Origin: Candidatus Latescibacterota bacterium
GTDB lineage: Bacteria; Latescibacterota; UBA2968; UBA8231
Assembly: GCA_965242865.1 (NCBI GenBank)
Contig: CBDETK010000013.1
Span: 2,720,001-2,784,000, forward strand
Direction: 5' to 3'
DNA: 64,000 bases
The translations under genes were made by a program, and so were the position numbers. The notes under the pieces were generated by a model. The model was not told the DNA's origin, searched no databases, and saw only the letters and a program-made list of their open reading frames with translations. Shown piece after piece: positions 27,561 to 37,401 of this stretch (position 1 is its first letter; each line of letters starts with the position of its first letter).

Positions 27561-29708
27561 ATGGGGCTAGTGCTGGCGGCGTGGCTGCTGTGGGCTGGGT
27601 CGGCTCTGGCCGCGACCCTGAGCGGCTTTGTCACCGATGCCGACCGCGGCCAAGCCCTGCGCTCGGCCACAGTCGCGGTGGAGGGGCTGCCGCTCGAAGC
27701 GGTCAGCAACAACAGCGGCTACTACGCCGTCAAGCAAGTGCCGGCTGGCGCCCACGTGGTGAGCACGGCGCACGCGAGCTACCAGACCCAGCGCGACACC
27801 CTGCGGCTGAACGCCGACGAGGCCGGGCGGCTCGACGTGGTGCTGACGCCCAAGCCGGAGGGCCCGGGCGCAGAGGTCGCGGTGGAGGCCGGGCGCATTC
27901 GCCTCCGCGCCCAGCCGTTGCAGCAAGTACCCGCCCTCGGCGAGGCCGACTTTTTGCGCGGCTTACAACTGCTGCCGGGCGTCCAAGCGACTTCGGACAT
28001 CAGCAGTGCCCTGTACGTGCGCGGCAGCGGCCCCGGCCAGACCGCCACCGTACTCGACCACACCCCCCTGTACAATCCCACGCACCTTTTCGGCCTCTTC
28101 TCGACCTTTAACCCAGACGCCATCGAGGAGGTCGATCTGTACAAGGGGGCTTACCCGGCACAGTACGGCCGGGCACTCGGGGCGGTGTTGGACGCGAGCA
28201 CCCGCGAGGGCAACCGCAAGCGAACGAGCGGCCGCGGCGGCGTCAGCCTGATTTCGGGCCGTTTGCTCGCCGAGGGGCCGGTCGGACGAGGGTCGTGGAT
28301 GCTGGCCGGTCGCCGCACCTACTTAGATGGCGTGTTGAATGCCCTCCGCGCCCGCGGCGAGGACATCCCCCTGAACTATTTCTTCTACGACTTCAATGGC
28401 ACAGTCAATCAGCGGCGCGGCGACGACACCTACGCCGCGAGCGCATACTGGGGCCAAGACGACCTGCGGGTGGATTTTGAAAACGACCGAGAGTCTTTCG
28501 TCGATCTGCGCTGGGGAAACCGCGCCCTGACCGCGCACTGGACGCGCGTTTTTTCGCCGGCCCTGTTCGGGCATTTCACGGCCGCCAGCTCGTCGTACGC
28601 AAGCGTCATCGCGCTCCGTTTTCTCGACGCGCCCGTCCGCATTGCCAACCGCGTCCGCGATGTGTCGCTCAAGGGCGATTTGGATTATTTCGCCAACCGC
28701 AATCACGCGCTTTCTTTGGGCTTTTTGGCCACCCTGTTTGAGTTTCAATTTACCCGCTCGTTCAACGAGCGGACTCAGCTCGACTTGCGCCCCGAGCCGG
28801 TGCTGTTGGAAGGCTACGTGCAGGACGAGTGGCGGCTCGGGCCGGCCACGTGGGTGCGGCTGGGCGGGCGCGGGACGTACTTCAGTGCCGGCAACCGCTG
28901 GCATTTCGCGCCGCGACTGGCCTTGAGCCGGGCGTTGAGCGACAAAATCCGGGTCACGGCCGCCGGCGGGGTATATCGCCAATACCTGCAATTGATCACC
29001 ACCGAAGCCTTCAGCGGCGGCGACTTCTGGGTGCCGTTGGACCGCACGGTCGAGCCGGGGCGATCCTATCAGGCCGTCACCGGCGTCGCGTGGACCCCTT
29101 CGCCGCGCTACCAGCTTTCCGCGGAGGCTTACTACACGGACCTCGCCAATTTGGTGGTGGAGGATACCGAAGTGGCCATTGACAACGAAGACACGCGCTC
29201 AGAAGCTGTGTTCAAAAGCGGCGGCCGGGGCTGGGCGAGTGGGCTGGAGGTGTTGTGGCAGCGGCGCACCGGCGCGCTCACCGGCTGGGTGGGCTACGCG
29301 CTGAGTTGGACGCGGCGGACATTTCCCGAGCTCAATGCCGGCCGGTCCTTTCCCCCCAAGCACGACCGCCGCCACGACCTGTCTTTTGTCGCCTCCTACA
29401 ACGCGGGAACGTGGCGGCTCGGCGCGAGTTGGGTACATGCCACCGGGCAGGCGTTTACGCCTCCTTCCGCGTCCCCTGCTGGGCGCAACAGTGCTCGCCT
29501 GCCGCCCTATCACCGCCTCGATGTCAACACCTGCTGGCCGTTTGAGTTGTGGGGCGCCGACAGCGAATTCTACGTGCAGGTATTCAATGTGTACAGCCGC
29601 CGCAACGAGGGGTTCGTACAGCTCGATTCGGTCGAACCCGAAGTGGAGCCGCAAAAGATCAAACAAGTGCCCATGGTTCCCACGCTGGGCTTTAACTTTG
29701 CTTTTTAG
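27561..29708 (+). CDS. TonB-dependent receptor, paralog 1 (shorter copy)
   Basis: Signal peptide, carboxypeptidase-regulatory-like domain, plug (LQLLPGVQ, YVRG, FSTFNPDAI, YKGAYPA.YG), C-terminal F; near-collinear with 35107-37371. Confidence 0.9.
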   Translation: MGLVLAAWLLWAGSALAATLSGFVTDADRGQALRSATVAVEGLPLEAVSNNSGYYAVKQVPAGAHVVSTAHASYQTQRDTLRLNADEAGRLDVVLTPKPEGPGAEVAVEAGRIRLRAQPLQQVPALGEADFLRGLQLLPGVQATSDISSALYVRGSGPGQTATVLDHTPLYNPTHLFGLFSTFNPDAIEEVDLYKGAYPAQYGRALGAVLDASTREGNRKRTSGRGGVSLISGRLLAEGPVGRGSWMLAGRRTYLDGVLNALRARGEDIPLNYFFYDFNGTVNQRRGDDTYAASAYWGQDDLRVDFENDRESFVDLRWGNRALTAHWTRVFSPALFGHFTAASSSYASVIALRFLDAPVRIANRVRDVSLKGDLDYFANRNHALSLGFLATLFEFQFTRSFNERTQLDLRPEPVLLEGYVQDEWRLGPATWVRLGGRGTYFSAGNRWHFAPRLALSRALSDKIRVTAAGGVYRQYLQLITTEAFSGGDFWVPLDRTVEPGRSYQAVTGVAWTPSPRYQLSAEAYYTDLANLVVEDTEVAIDNEDTRSEAVFKSGGRGWASGLEVLWQRRTGALTGWVGYALSWTRRTFPELNAGRSFPPKHDRRHDLSFVASYNAGTWRLGASWVHATGQAFTPPSASPAGRNSARLPPYHRLDVNTCWPFELWGADSEFYVQVFNVYSRRNEGFVQLDSVEPEVEPQKIKQVPMVPTLGFNFAF

Positions 29709-29756
29709 AATTGGGAGGGGTCGGGTCGGCGATTGTGCCGTTAGATCGACCGCTTC

Positions 29757-30608
29757 TCAACGGTTGGCGCTGCGGAAGTAGATGCCCTCTGCCAATACCT
29801 CGGCATGCGCCCGAATGGCCGAGCGGCACTCGGCGAACGCATCCTCCAGCAGCCGGACGTTCTCTGCGGTTAGAATTACCTCCCACTCGTCTTCGGGGAG
29901 CGGCACGAAGAGCAGTCGGTCCAAGTGCTCGGAGTCTTTGAGGTATTGCAGCAGTCTTCTCAGCCCCAAAGAGCGCAATAGGGTGGCCCCTGACGTGGCC
30001 AAGGTGGAGAGGACTAGGTTGCGGTGGCGAACCGATCGATTGGTGATTCGCGTCTCGATGTGCTCCGGGATGGATACGCCACAGCGGAGGCTCAAGTGGC
30101 GGAACACCTGCGCCGGGTTTTCTACGATTGTAGAGAACTCAATCGAGAGCACGTCAACGCCGAGGCGGTGTATATTTTCAAGCTGCTTGGGGGTCAGCCG
30201 GTCGCGCACCACGGACTGCTCCAGCCGGTTTGCCCCCAACCATGCCGAGAGGTGCCCCCGGCTCCTTCTGTACCGGGCCATGGAGCAGGCCCTAGCGCAA
30301 TGCTCTCGCAGCAGGACGACGATCAGGACTCGGACGCCCCGGCCCTTTAGGGCGCTCACCCCAGGGCCAAGCAAACGGTCCCTGTACGCCAAGTTTGAGA
30401 TGTCGGCCAAGATGCGGCCTTCCCCGCCGAGCAGGCGTCCGTGCTCTTTCTCAAACCGCCGCGGCGACTGGTAGTAGCCTGCCTCCTTGATCTCTGGAAA
30501 CGCAAACTGGGGGTGCTGTCTGAGGTTTGCGTAGAGGAAATCGGTCCCGGAGCGGCCCGGGCCGACCACCAACAGATAGTCATAGTTGGGGTGTTGGTCT
30601 TTATTCAC
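29757..30608 (-). CDS. Sulfotransferase-family protein
   Basis: VVGPGRSGT..LY..L.QHP PAPS-binding loop, KE..YY, and IVVLLR....RA.S motif. Confidence 0.75.
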   Translation of the reverse strand: MNKDQHPNYDYLLVVGPGRSGTDFLYANLRQHPQFAFPEIKEAGYYQSPRRFEKEHGRLLGGEGRILADISNLAYRDRLLGPGVSALKGRGVRVLIVVLLREHCARACSMARYRRSRGHLSAWLGANRLEQSVVRDRLTPKQLENIHRLGVDVLSIEFSTIVENPAQVFRHLSLRCGVSIPEHIETRITNRSVRHRNLVLSTLATSGATLLRSLGLRRLLQYLKDSEHLDRLLFVPLPEDEWEVILTAENVRLLEDAFAECRSAIRAHAEVLAEGIYFRSANR

Positions 30609-30697
30609 GTTTCATACCGTTTTCGTCGGGTGACGAGCAGGGGGCGGTCCGCCACAGACTCGGTTGTCTGGCGGAGGCAAAGGCCCGGAGATATTTT

Positions 30698-30729
30698 TAA
30701 GTGCGCCCCGCCCGGTACTTCCGCACTTA
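30698..30729. promoter_or_regulatory. 8-bp inverted repeat (taagtgcg-N16-cgcactta), candidate operator in a divergent promoter
   Basis: Perfect arms between the divergent sulfotransferase and flippase genes; function is inferred only. Confidence 0.35.
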
Positions 30730-30742
30730 GAAACCTTCAAAG

Positions 30743-32164
30743 ATGGGGTTTATACGGTTGAAAGCCAACCCTTTTCATGGATTGCGCCGAATAACTCAAC
30801 AGCTTATCAAGGAAGAAACGCTCATTACCCCGGACACCACCCTGCCGCAACCCAATGCCTCTGGCCGACAGGAAGTAGCAATTCTGTTGGTTTCCCAAGC
30901 ATTGTACATCGCCGTAGGCGTATTGACCAAAAGTCTCCTCGCCTACAGCCTCTTGCCCGAAGGGCTAGGGTCCTACTTCGTCTGCGTCCTCTTTGGGGCC
31001 TTGGCCGGCACCATCGGTACGCTGGCCACCGAGCGCGGGGTCCAGTACTTCGTAGCGGCCAAGCGCATGAGCGTTTCCGAGGGCATGTCCATCGCCTTTG
31101 CCATCTGCCTCATCGGCAGTGCCGTGGTCGCCACGGCTGCGTTGCCATTGATCCACAGCGGTTTCAGCTTCTTTCTCAAAGCCGATAAGCACTCGTTTTA
31201 CCTTGCTCTCCTGTTGGTTCCCTCCTCGTCCCTCATGTTTGCCGCTCGCCTGCAACTGCAGGGACTGCGGCGGTTCACCCAACTTGCGATAATCTCCTTG
31301 ATTCAGGCGGCCGTCGGCGTCGTCTCCATTCTGACGCTGGTGTGGGGATTGGGCCTCGGCGTCAACGGCGCCATTCTGTCGTTGTTCCTAGGGCACCTAG
31401 TGCTAATCGTGGCCGCGGTCGCAGACCTCCGGCGGCATTGCGGGCTCGTCTTAGCGTTCCCCTCGCGGGAGGGGATAAAACGGGTGTTCATTTACGGCCT
31501 CAAGGAGTACGTCGCTAGAATCGGCCAAACCCTAGACCCTCGGGTCGGCAGTCTGCTGCTGGGCATCGTGGCCAGCCGCGCCGACATCGGGCTGTTTACA
31601 GCGAGCAACGCCCTAATAACGCGGGTCCTCATTCTCCCGACCGCAGTCGCCACCTATCTGCTGCCCCGGGTAGCCGGCAACGACAGCGGGCAGCCCGAGC
31701 TAGCTGCTTTTTGCGCCCGCGTCACTTGGTGGACCGTTGGGGGCCTGCTCCTCATCTGGTTCGCCGTCAGCACGCCCTTGGTGCCCTTGCTCCTTTCGGA
31801 ATCCTTTACTCCGGTCGTTCGCCTAACTTGGATAATGTCCATCGGCGTGTTCGCCTATGCTGGTACGGAGATATTCGTGGCGTACTTCCGGGGCGTCAAT
31901 CGCCCCCAAGTCTTCTCCCATGCGATGTGGCTAAGTCTGTCCGCCAACGTCGTCTTGTTCTTTGGCCTGTACCCGGCTTGGGGCCTGACGGGCGCGGCAT
32001 GGTCCTTGACCGGCGGCCTGCTCTGCCGCAGCTTTTTTCTGTGGCTGATGTTCCAGAGAGCCACCGGATTGCCCCTGTATTCCACCCTTATTCTTCGACG
32101 CAGTGACGTCGCGTACTTGTGGTCCGCTGGCGCGAGCCTAGTCCGTCTTATGGCAGCGCGATGA
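30743..32164 (+). CDS. Oligosaccharide flippase (Wzx-like)
   Basis: Many TM helices; LAY.L.PEG.G.Y, LGLGVNGA, DIGLF, LYPAWGLTGAA. Start uncertain. Confidence 0.85.
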   Translation: MGFIRLKANPFHGLRRITQQLIKEETLITPDTTLPQPNASGRQEVAILLVSQALYIAVGVLTKSLLAYSLLPEGLGSYFVCVLFGALAGTIGTLATERGVQYFVAAKRMSVSEGMSIAFAICLIGSAVVATAALPLIHSGFSFFLKADKHSFYLALLLVPSSSLMFAARLQLQGLRRFTQLAIISLIQAAVGVVSILTLVWGLGLGVNGAILSLFLGHLVLIVAAVADLRRHCGLVLAFPSREGIKRVFIYGLKEYVARIGQTLDPRVGSLLLGIVASRADIGLFTASNALITRVLILPTAVATYLLPRVAGNDSGQPELAAFCARVTWWTVGGLLLIWFAVSTPLVPLLLSESFTPVVRLTWIMSIGVFAYAGTEIFVAYFRGVNRPQVFSHAMWLSLSANVVLFFGLYPAWGLTGAAWSLTGGLLCRSFFLWLMFQRATGLPLYSTLILRRSDVAYLWSAGASLVRLMAAR

Positions 32165-33288
32165 GCATTAAAATTCTCTGCATCCTTCCCACCTTGACCG
32201 ACACCCGCATCGCCCGTCGCATTGACATGCTCAACCGAGGCGGATTTGCCGTCGAGGCGGTCGCTTTTGAACGACGCCAGCGTTCGGGACGTCGGCCAGA
32301 CTGCCCCATCCAGCGGTTGGGGCCGATTCCCCCCCGGAGATATGCCGCCAGAATAGGCAAGCTCCTCGCGGCAGTGCCCACGGTGAGGCGAGCGATTCGC
32401 CGCAACGACGTCGTTTATGCTTTCAACTCGGACCTCGCGTTCCTCGCGGCTATTGCCGGCGCGGGATTCAACCGTCCCTTGGTGTTAGAGGTCGCAGACA
32501 TTAAGGAGGTGCAGGTGGCTGGCGATTGGAGCGGCCGGGCGGTGCGGGTGCTGGAGAAGCTCGCCGTGGACCGCTGTAGTTTGTTGGTGCTTACAACGAG
32601 CAGTTATCTGCCTTACTACCGGTGCTGGTTGGGCGCGAAAACCCCCAGCATGGTCATCGAAAACAAGCTGGACCCAGAGTTCGTCAAGTCAATACCTAAG
32701 ATTGATCCGCCCGCCCCTGCCGCGATGGCCCGGCCCCTTCGGATCGGCTGGTTTGGCCGGCTGAGAGATGAGTGGACGATGCGGGTTCTGGAGGAGTTGA
32801 CGAAGGCGGGGCCGCACCAGTACACAGCCGTTCTCGCCGGTACGCCCTCGCCGTTTTTGGAGGGTTTTTCCGCCCGAGTTGACAACAGCCCAAACATCGA
32901 ATACCGCGGCGGGTACAGCTATCCCGAAGACCTGCCTGCTCTGTACCACAGCGTCGATCTAGTAATGGCGTGTTATCCGCCCGAGATTCCGCACGGCTGG
33001 TCCCAGTCGAGCCGGTACTATGAAGCCTGCTTATTCCGCAAGCCACTCATCGTGCGCGCCGGTTGTGCGGACGCCAGCGGTGTGCGAAAGCACGACATCG
33101 GCCTAGTTCTCGACGCGGTTGCCGTTGAGGAGGCCACCGCCGCCATCGGCGAAGTGCCACTGGAGGATTGGCGGCGGTGGCGAGATAATGCCGCTGCGGT
33201 GCCGCCGCCCGTCTATCTTTCTATCGGCGAAGTGGATGTCTTGGCGAGGGCCTTCGCCAACCTGCCGCCGAAGTCCGCAGGCCGCTGA
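32161..33288 (+). CDS. GT-B glycosyltransferase (ExoL-like)
   Basis: D.RI.RRI.ML..GGF.V...AFER, LEVADI, IGWFG.LR, G.Y.YPEDL..LY..VD, SRYYEA; ATGA overlap with the flippase. Confidence 0.8.
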   Translation: MSIKILCILPTLTDTRIARRIDMLNRGGFAVEAVAFERRQRSGRRPDCPIQRLGPIPPRRYAARIGKLLAAVPTVRRAIRRNDVVYAFNSDLAFLAAIAGAGFNRPLVLEVADIKEVQVAGDWSGRAVRVLEKLAVDRCSLLVLTTSSYLPYYRCWLGAKTPSMVIENKLDPEFVKSIPKIDPPAPAAMARPLRIGWFGRLRDEWTMRVLEELTKAGPHQYTAVLAGTPSPFLEGFSARVDNSPNIEYRGGYSYPEDLPALYHSVDLVMACYPPEIPHGWSQSSRYYEACLFRKPLIVRAGCADASGVRKHDIGLVLDAVAVEEATAAIGEVPLEDWRRWRDNAAAVPPPVYLSIGEVDVLARAFANLPPKSAGR

Positions 33289-33306
33289 TTGCGGTACAGG
33301 CGGAAT

Positions 33307-34848
33307 TCATGCTGCCCGCTCAATCTCCAACCCTCGCTTGAAGCTGAAACGCACGGACCACTCCCGGAGGCCGCGCTCCTTCGCGTAGATGCCAACGAGG
33401 GAGCCAGAGGCCGCCCACCAAATAGCGGTGTACTGAAAAGACCCGATGAGGGCATTGGGTTCCAACATCGCAGCCGTAAGGCCCGATAGTACGACGAGTC
33501 CCAACAGGGCAGCAACAAATCGGTTTTCCGAGGGGTCGTCGCGGTTTGCAACCAGCCTAAAAGCGATGAGCAGGATGAGTCCTGCCATAATCGTAAACCA
33601 AATCGGGGCGAGGACTCCGCAGTATGTCGTCCACTTGATCCACAGGTTGTGAATCTCGATTTCGGGCTTGCGATGTCCCCTGAGCAACACCTGCTCGAAT
33701 CCATATCCAAGAAAGGGCCGCTCGGCAATCCGTCCGAGGCCGATTTTGTACCCCTCAAACCGCGTGGTGCCGAGAGTGTCCAAGTTGGCTAAGAAACGGG
33801 GCAGTACGGAGGGTCTGGGTCGCTCTACGGCGGCGGGCTTGGGGCGGTCTGTGTCGGTCGGTCTGGGTCTGTCTGTCTCTATATGGACGGGTCTAGGTCT
33901 ATCCACGTCAGCGGGTCTGGGCTTATCTACGGCGGCTGGCTTGTGTGTGTCTGGGTCGGTCGATCTAAGTCTGTCTATATCGACTAGGGCCAAGAGGCGG
34001 TCCAGCCCTACGTGGCTGGAGCATGCTGGGTTTTGGCTAGAGACGATGATCCCACCGATCACTATTCCGGTGAGAATACCTGAGTAGGCCAACCATCTCG
34101 ACTGCCGCGGGAAGGCCAATATGGCGATTGAAACCGCTGAGATTAAAAAACCAGTGCGTCCGCCGGTCATAAATTGGCTGACAAAGAGGATGCTCGCCAA
34201 CGCGGCCCCCAGCATAGCCCGGTGCTCTTGCTTTAGTCTCCAATGCGTCCCCTCGCCCATCAGCAAGCCTATGCAGGGCAATAAGAGAATCAGGCTGATT
34301 GACCATTGCGTTGGGCTCGAGCCGAACCCTATGCTGTACGCCGGCCGCCAAAACTGGTCGCAGGGATTCGTCCAATTCGGTATCTTGGCGAGCGCACTCA
34401 CCAGCGCAAATGCGGCCAAGGGCAAAATTATCACTAGGGCGCGGGTGAGGATGACGGAGATGTTTTCGCCCTGACGCGCCAGATAGAAGAAGCACCACAT
34501 TAGCCCGGCGGCGTACCCGATGTCCATGACGAACATGACGTTTAGGACCACCGCTGGGGCTTGGACCACCCCGGGGGCCGACAGGAGGATCAGGGCCAAA
34601 AACCCCAGCGGCCCCAGGGCCCGCGCCGGCAGCCGGAGCTTGCCCGACAGCAGCGGTGGGATCAACACAACCGCTACCGCCGCTACCGCGAGCACGGCCT
34701 TGAACAGGTGCAGGTACTTGTCGCCAATCAAGTGATAGACCGGTGCCAAGCCCAGATACAGGCTGAGCAGCCAACTATTTCGGTGGTGGTTCACAGACAA
34801 CGGGAGGTGGCGGCTCACGAACAACGGGAGGCGGGGTAGCACTTGCAC
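33307..34848 (-). CDS. O-antigen ligase/polymerase (Wzy_C) family membrane protein
   Basis: Many TM helices; TGGRTG, R......IAERPFLGYG, HNLWI.....G motifs. Confidence 0.8.
   Translation of the reverse strand: MQVLPRLPLFVSRHLPLSVNHHRNSWLLSLYLGLAPVYHLIGDKYLHLFKAVLAVAAVAVVLIPPLLSGKLRLPARALGPLGFLALILLSAPGVVQAPAVVLNVMFVMDIGYAAGLMWCFFYLARQGENISVILTRALVIILPLAAFALVSALAKIPNWTNPCDQFWRPAYSIGFGSSPTQWSISLILLLPCIGLLMGEGTHWRLKQEHRAMLGAALASILFVSQFMTGGRTGFLISAVSIAILAFPRQSRWLAYSGILTGIVIGGIIVSSQNPACSSHVGLDRLLALVDIDRLRSTDPDTHKPAAVDKPRPADVDRPRPVHIETDRPRPTDTDRPKPAAVERPRPSVLPRFLANLDTLGTTRFEGYKIGLGRIAERPFLGYGFEQVLLRGHRKPEIEIHNLWIKWTTYCGVLAPIWFTIMAGLILLIAFRLVANRDDPSENRFVAALLGLVVLSGLTAAMLEPNALIGSFQYTAIWWAASGSLVGIYAKERGLREWSVRFSFKRGLEIERAA
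33811..33984 (-). repeat. Degenerate ~24-nt coding tandem repeat (xxxD(R/K)PRP) inside the ligase loop
   Basis: Protein shows AAVDKPRP ADVDRPRP ...TDRPRP TDTDRPKP AAVERPRP. Confidence 0.85.
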
Positions 34849-35106
34849 TGAATAGAACCGGTCTCAGAAGGAATTGCGACTACGAGAAAGCACCGCTACG
34901 CCGGCCAGCGGCGTCATTTGAATGATGTAGGCTTGCCATATCTGTAATTTTCGTTCAACAAATAATTACATACTCTTAGACCTAACAGTCAAGAACCCAA
35001 GTGCGCGCCCCCTACTGGAAAACGGCGTCCGTTCGGGTCGTTTTGCAAAAGTCCACCTCGCTCGATATGTTCTTCTAAATCCCGACTCTAAGCAGATTCG
35101 AGCAAT

Positions 35107-37371
35107 ATGACGAAAATTCGCAAGACCGTGCAGAGCTTGCTGGCAGCGTGGCTTCTCTGGGCCGGGTCGGCTCCGGCCGCGACCCTGAGCGGCTTTGTCA
35201 CCGATGCCGACAACGGCGAAGCCCTGAGCTTGGCCACGATCGTGGTGGAGGGGCTGCAACTCGGGGCGGTCAGCAACAACAGCGGCTACTACGCCGTCAA
35301 GCAAGTGCCGGCTGGCACCCACGTGGTGAGCACATCGCACATAGGCTACCAGACCCAGCGGGACACGTTGCGCTTTGGTGCCGACGAGGCCATGCGGCTC
35401 GATGTGGCGCTGGTGCCCAAGCCGGTGGATATTGGCGACGAGGTCTTAGTGGAGGCCGAGCGCAGCGAAGAGCTGGAGCAGGCCACCCAGAGCAGTTTTA
35501 TCTCTCTACAGGTCGAGCCGTTGCAGCAAATGCCGGCCATTGGCGAGGCCGATCTCCTCCGCAGCTTACAACTGCTGCCGGGCATCCAATCGGCTTCGGA
35601 TCTCAGCAGCGGCCTGTACGTGCGCGGCGGCGGCCCGGACCAAACGGCCATCCTGCTCGACAACATTCCCCTGTACAACCCCTCCCACCTCTTCGGCTTC
35701 TTCTCGACCTTCAACCCAGACGCCATCAAGGACGTCCAGCTATACAAAGGGGCCTACCCGGCCGCGTACGGCCGCACGCTCGGGGCGGTGCTCGACGTGA
35801 GCAATCGCGAGGGCAACCGACAGCGCTTCAGCGGCCGGGGCGGCGTCAGCCTAATCGCGAGCCGCTTGCTGGCCGAAGGCCCGGTGGGCCAAGGCTCGTG
35901 GATGATGGCCGGCCGCCGCACGTACCTAGAGCCTGTGCTCAGTGCCGTGCGCGCACGCGGAGTGGATATTCCGCTGAACTACTACTTCTACGACTTCAAC
36001 GGCAAAGTCAACCAGCGGTGGGGGGACGACACCTTTTCGGTCAGCACGTACTGGGGCCAAGACGATCTGCGGTTCGATTTCGCCGATACCGGCGAGGCGA
36101 CGGAAGAGGCTTTCGTCGATCTGCGCTGGGGCAACCGCGCCCTAACAACGCACTGGAAGCGGGTATTCTCGCCGGCCCTGTTCGGCCACTTTATGGCGGC
36201 TGGCTCGTCGTACGAAAGCATCCTCTCGTTCAGTTTCTTCGACACCCCCTTCCGCATCACCAACAGCATCCGCGATTTATCGCTCAAGGGGGACATCGAC
36301 TACTTCGCCCACCGCGACCACACCTTGTCCCTCGGGTTTTTGGCCACCCTCTTTGAGTTCCGCTTTGCCCAGTCCTTCAACCAACAAGACCAGTCCGATT
36401 TGCGCCAAGAGCCGGTGCTGCTTTCGGCATACATGCAGGACGAATGGCAGGCTGGGCCGCTCACGCGGCTGCGCCTCGGCGGGCGGGGAACGTACTTCAG
36501 CGTCGGCGACCGCCTACACTTCATGCCGCGGTTCTCCCTGAGCCGGATGCTCAGCGAAAAGGTCCGGCTCAAGGCCGCGGCCGGGATGTACCGCCAGTAC
36601 CTACAGTTGGTCACCACCGAAGCCTTTAGCGGCGGCGATTTTTGGGTGCCGCTCGACAGCACTGTGGAGCCGGGCCGCTCGTACCAGGGCGTGGTGGGGG
36701 CCGAGTGGACCCCGGTGCGGCGCTACCAACTCTCAGTGGAGGCGTACTACACGGACTTGGCCAACTTAGTGGTGCTAGACAACGCCGTGGCCGCGGACAG
36801 CGAGGATACGCGCTCGGACGACCTATTCAAGAGCGGGGGTAGCGGCTGGGCTGGCGGCCTAGAGGTCTTCTTGCAGCGCCGCACCGGGGCCCTCACCGGC
36901 TGGGTGGGCTATACCCTCGGCTGGACGCGGCGCACCTTCCCCGAATTGAACGAAGGGCGCACCTTCCCCCCCAAGTACGACCGCCGCCACGACCTATCCT
37001 TTGTGGTCTCTTATAAGGCGGGGAACTGGCGTTTGGGCTCGAACCTCGTATATGCCACCGGGCAGGCGTTCACGCCGGCCGCGGCCCGCTATACGCTGCG
37101 CGTGCCGACCACCGGCGTGGAGGAGGACTATGTGCTGCCGGCCCGGCGCAACAGCGCCCGCCTGCTGCCCTACCACCGCCTCGACGTCAGCTTCAGCCGC
37201 CAGTTCGGCTTGTGGGGGACCGACAGCGAGTTCTTCGTGCAGATATTCAATCTGTATAGCCGGCGCAACGAGTGGTTCGTGCAGTACGATGCGAACAATC
37301 CCGGCACCGAGCCGCAAGTGGTCCGGCAATTGCCCATCGTCCCCACGCTGGGCTTCAATTTCGCGTTTTGA
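35107..37371 (+). CDS. TonB-dependent receptor, paralog 2 (full-length copy)
   Basis: Same architecture as paralog 1; GEADLLRSLQLLPGI, VRGGGPDQ, C-terminal F. Confidence 0.93.
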   Translation: MTKIRKTVQSLLAAWLLWAGSAPAATLSGFVTDADNGEALSLATIVVEGLQLGAVSNNSGYYAVKQVPAGTHVVSTSHIGYQTQRDTLRFGADEAMRLDVALVPKPVDIGDEVLVEAERSEELEQATQSSFISLQVEPLQQMPAIGEADLLRSLQLLPGIQSASDLSSGLYVRGGGPDQTAILLDNIPLYNPSHLFGFFSTFNPDAIKDVQLYKGAYPAAYGRTLGAVLDVSNREGNRQRFSGRGGVSLIASRLLAEGPVGQGSWMMAGRRTYLEPVLSAVRARGVDIPLNYYFYDFNGKVNQRWGDDTFSVSTYWGQDDLRFDFADTGEATEEAFVDLRWGNRALTTHWKRVFSPALFGHFMAAGSSYESILSFSFFDTPFRITNSIRDLSLKGDIDYFAHRDHTLSLGFLATLFEFRFAQSFNQQDQSDLRQEPVLLSAYMQDEWQAGPLTRLRLGGRGTYFSVGDRLHFMPRFSLSRMLSEKVRLKAAAGMYRQYLQLVTTEAFSGGDFWVPLDSTVEPGRSYQGVVGAEWTPVRRYQLSVEAYYTDLANLVVLDNAVAADSEDTRSDDLFKSGGSGWAGGLEVFLQRRTGALTGWVGYTLGWTRRTFPELNEGRTFPPKYDRRHDLSFVVSYKAGNWRLGSNLVYATGQAFTPAAARYTLRVPTTGVEEDYVLPARRNSARLLPYHRLDVSFSRQFGLWGTDSEFFVQIFNLYSRRNEWFVQYDANNPGTEPQVVRQLPIVPTLGFNFAF

Positions 37372-37401
37372 ATTGGATTCCCAACGGATAGGAGGACGAC
37401 C

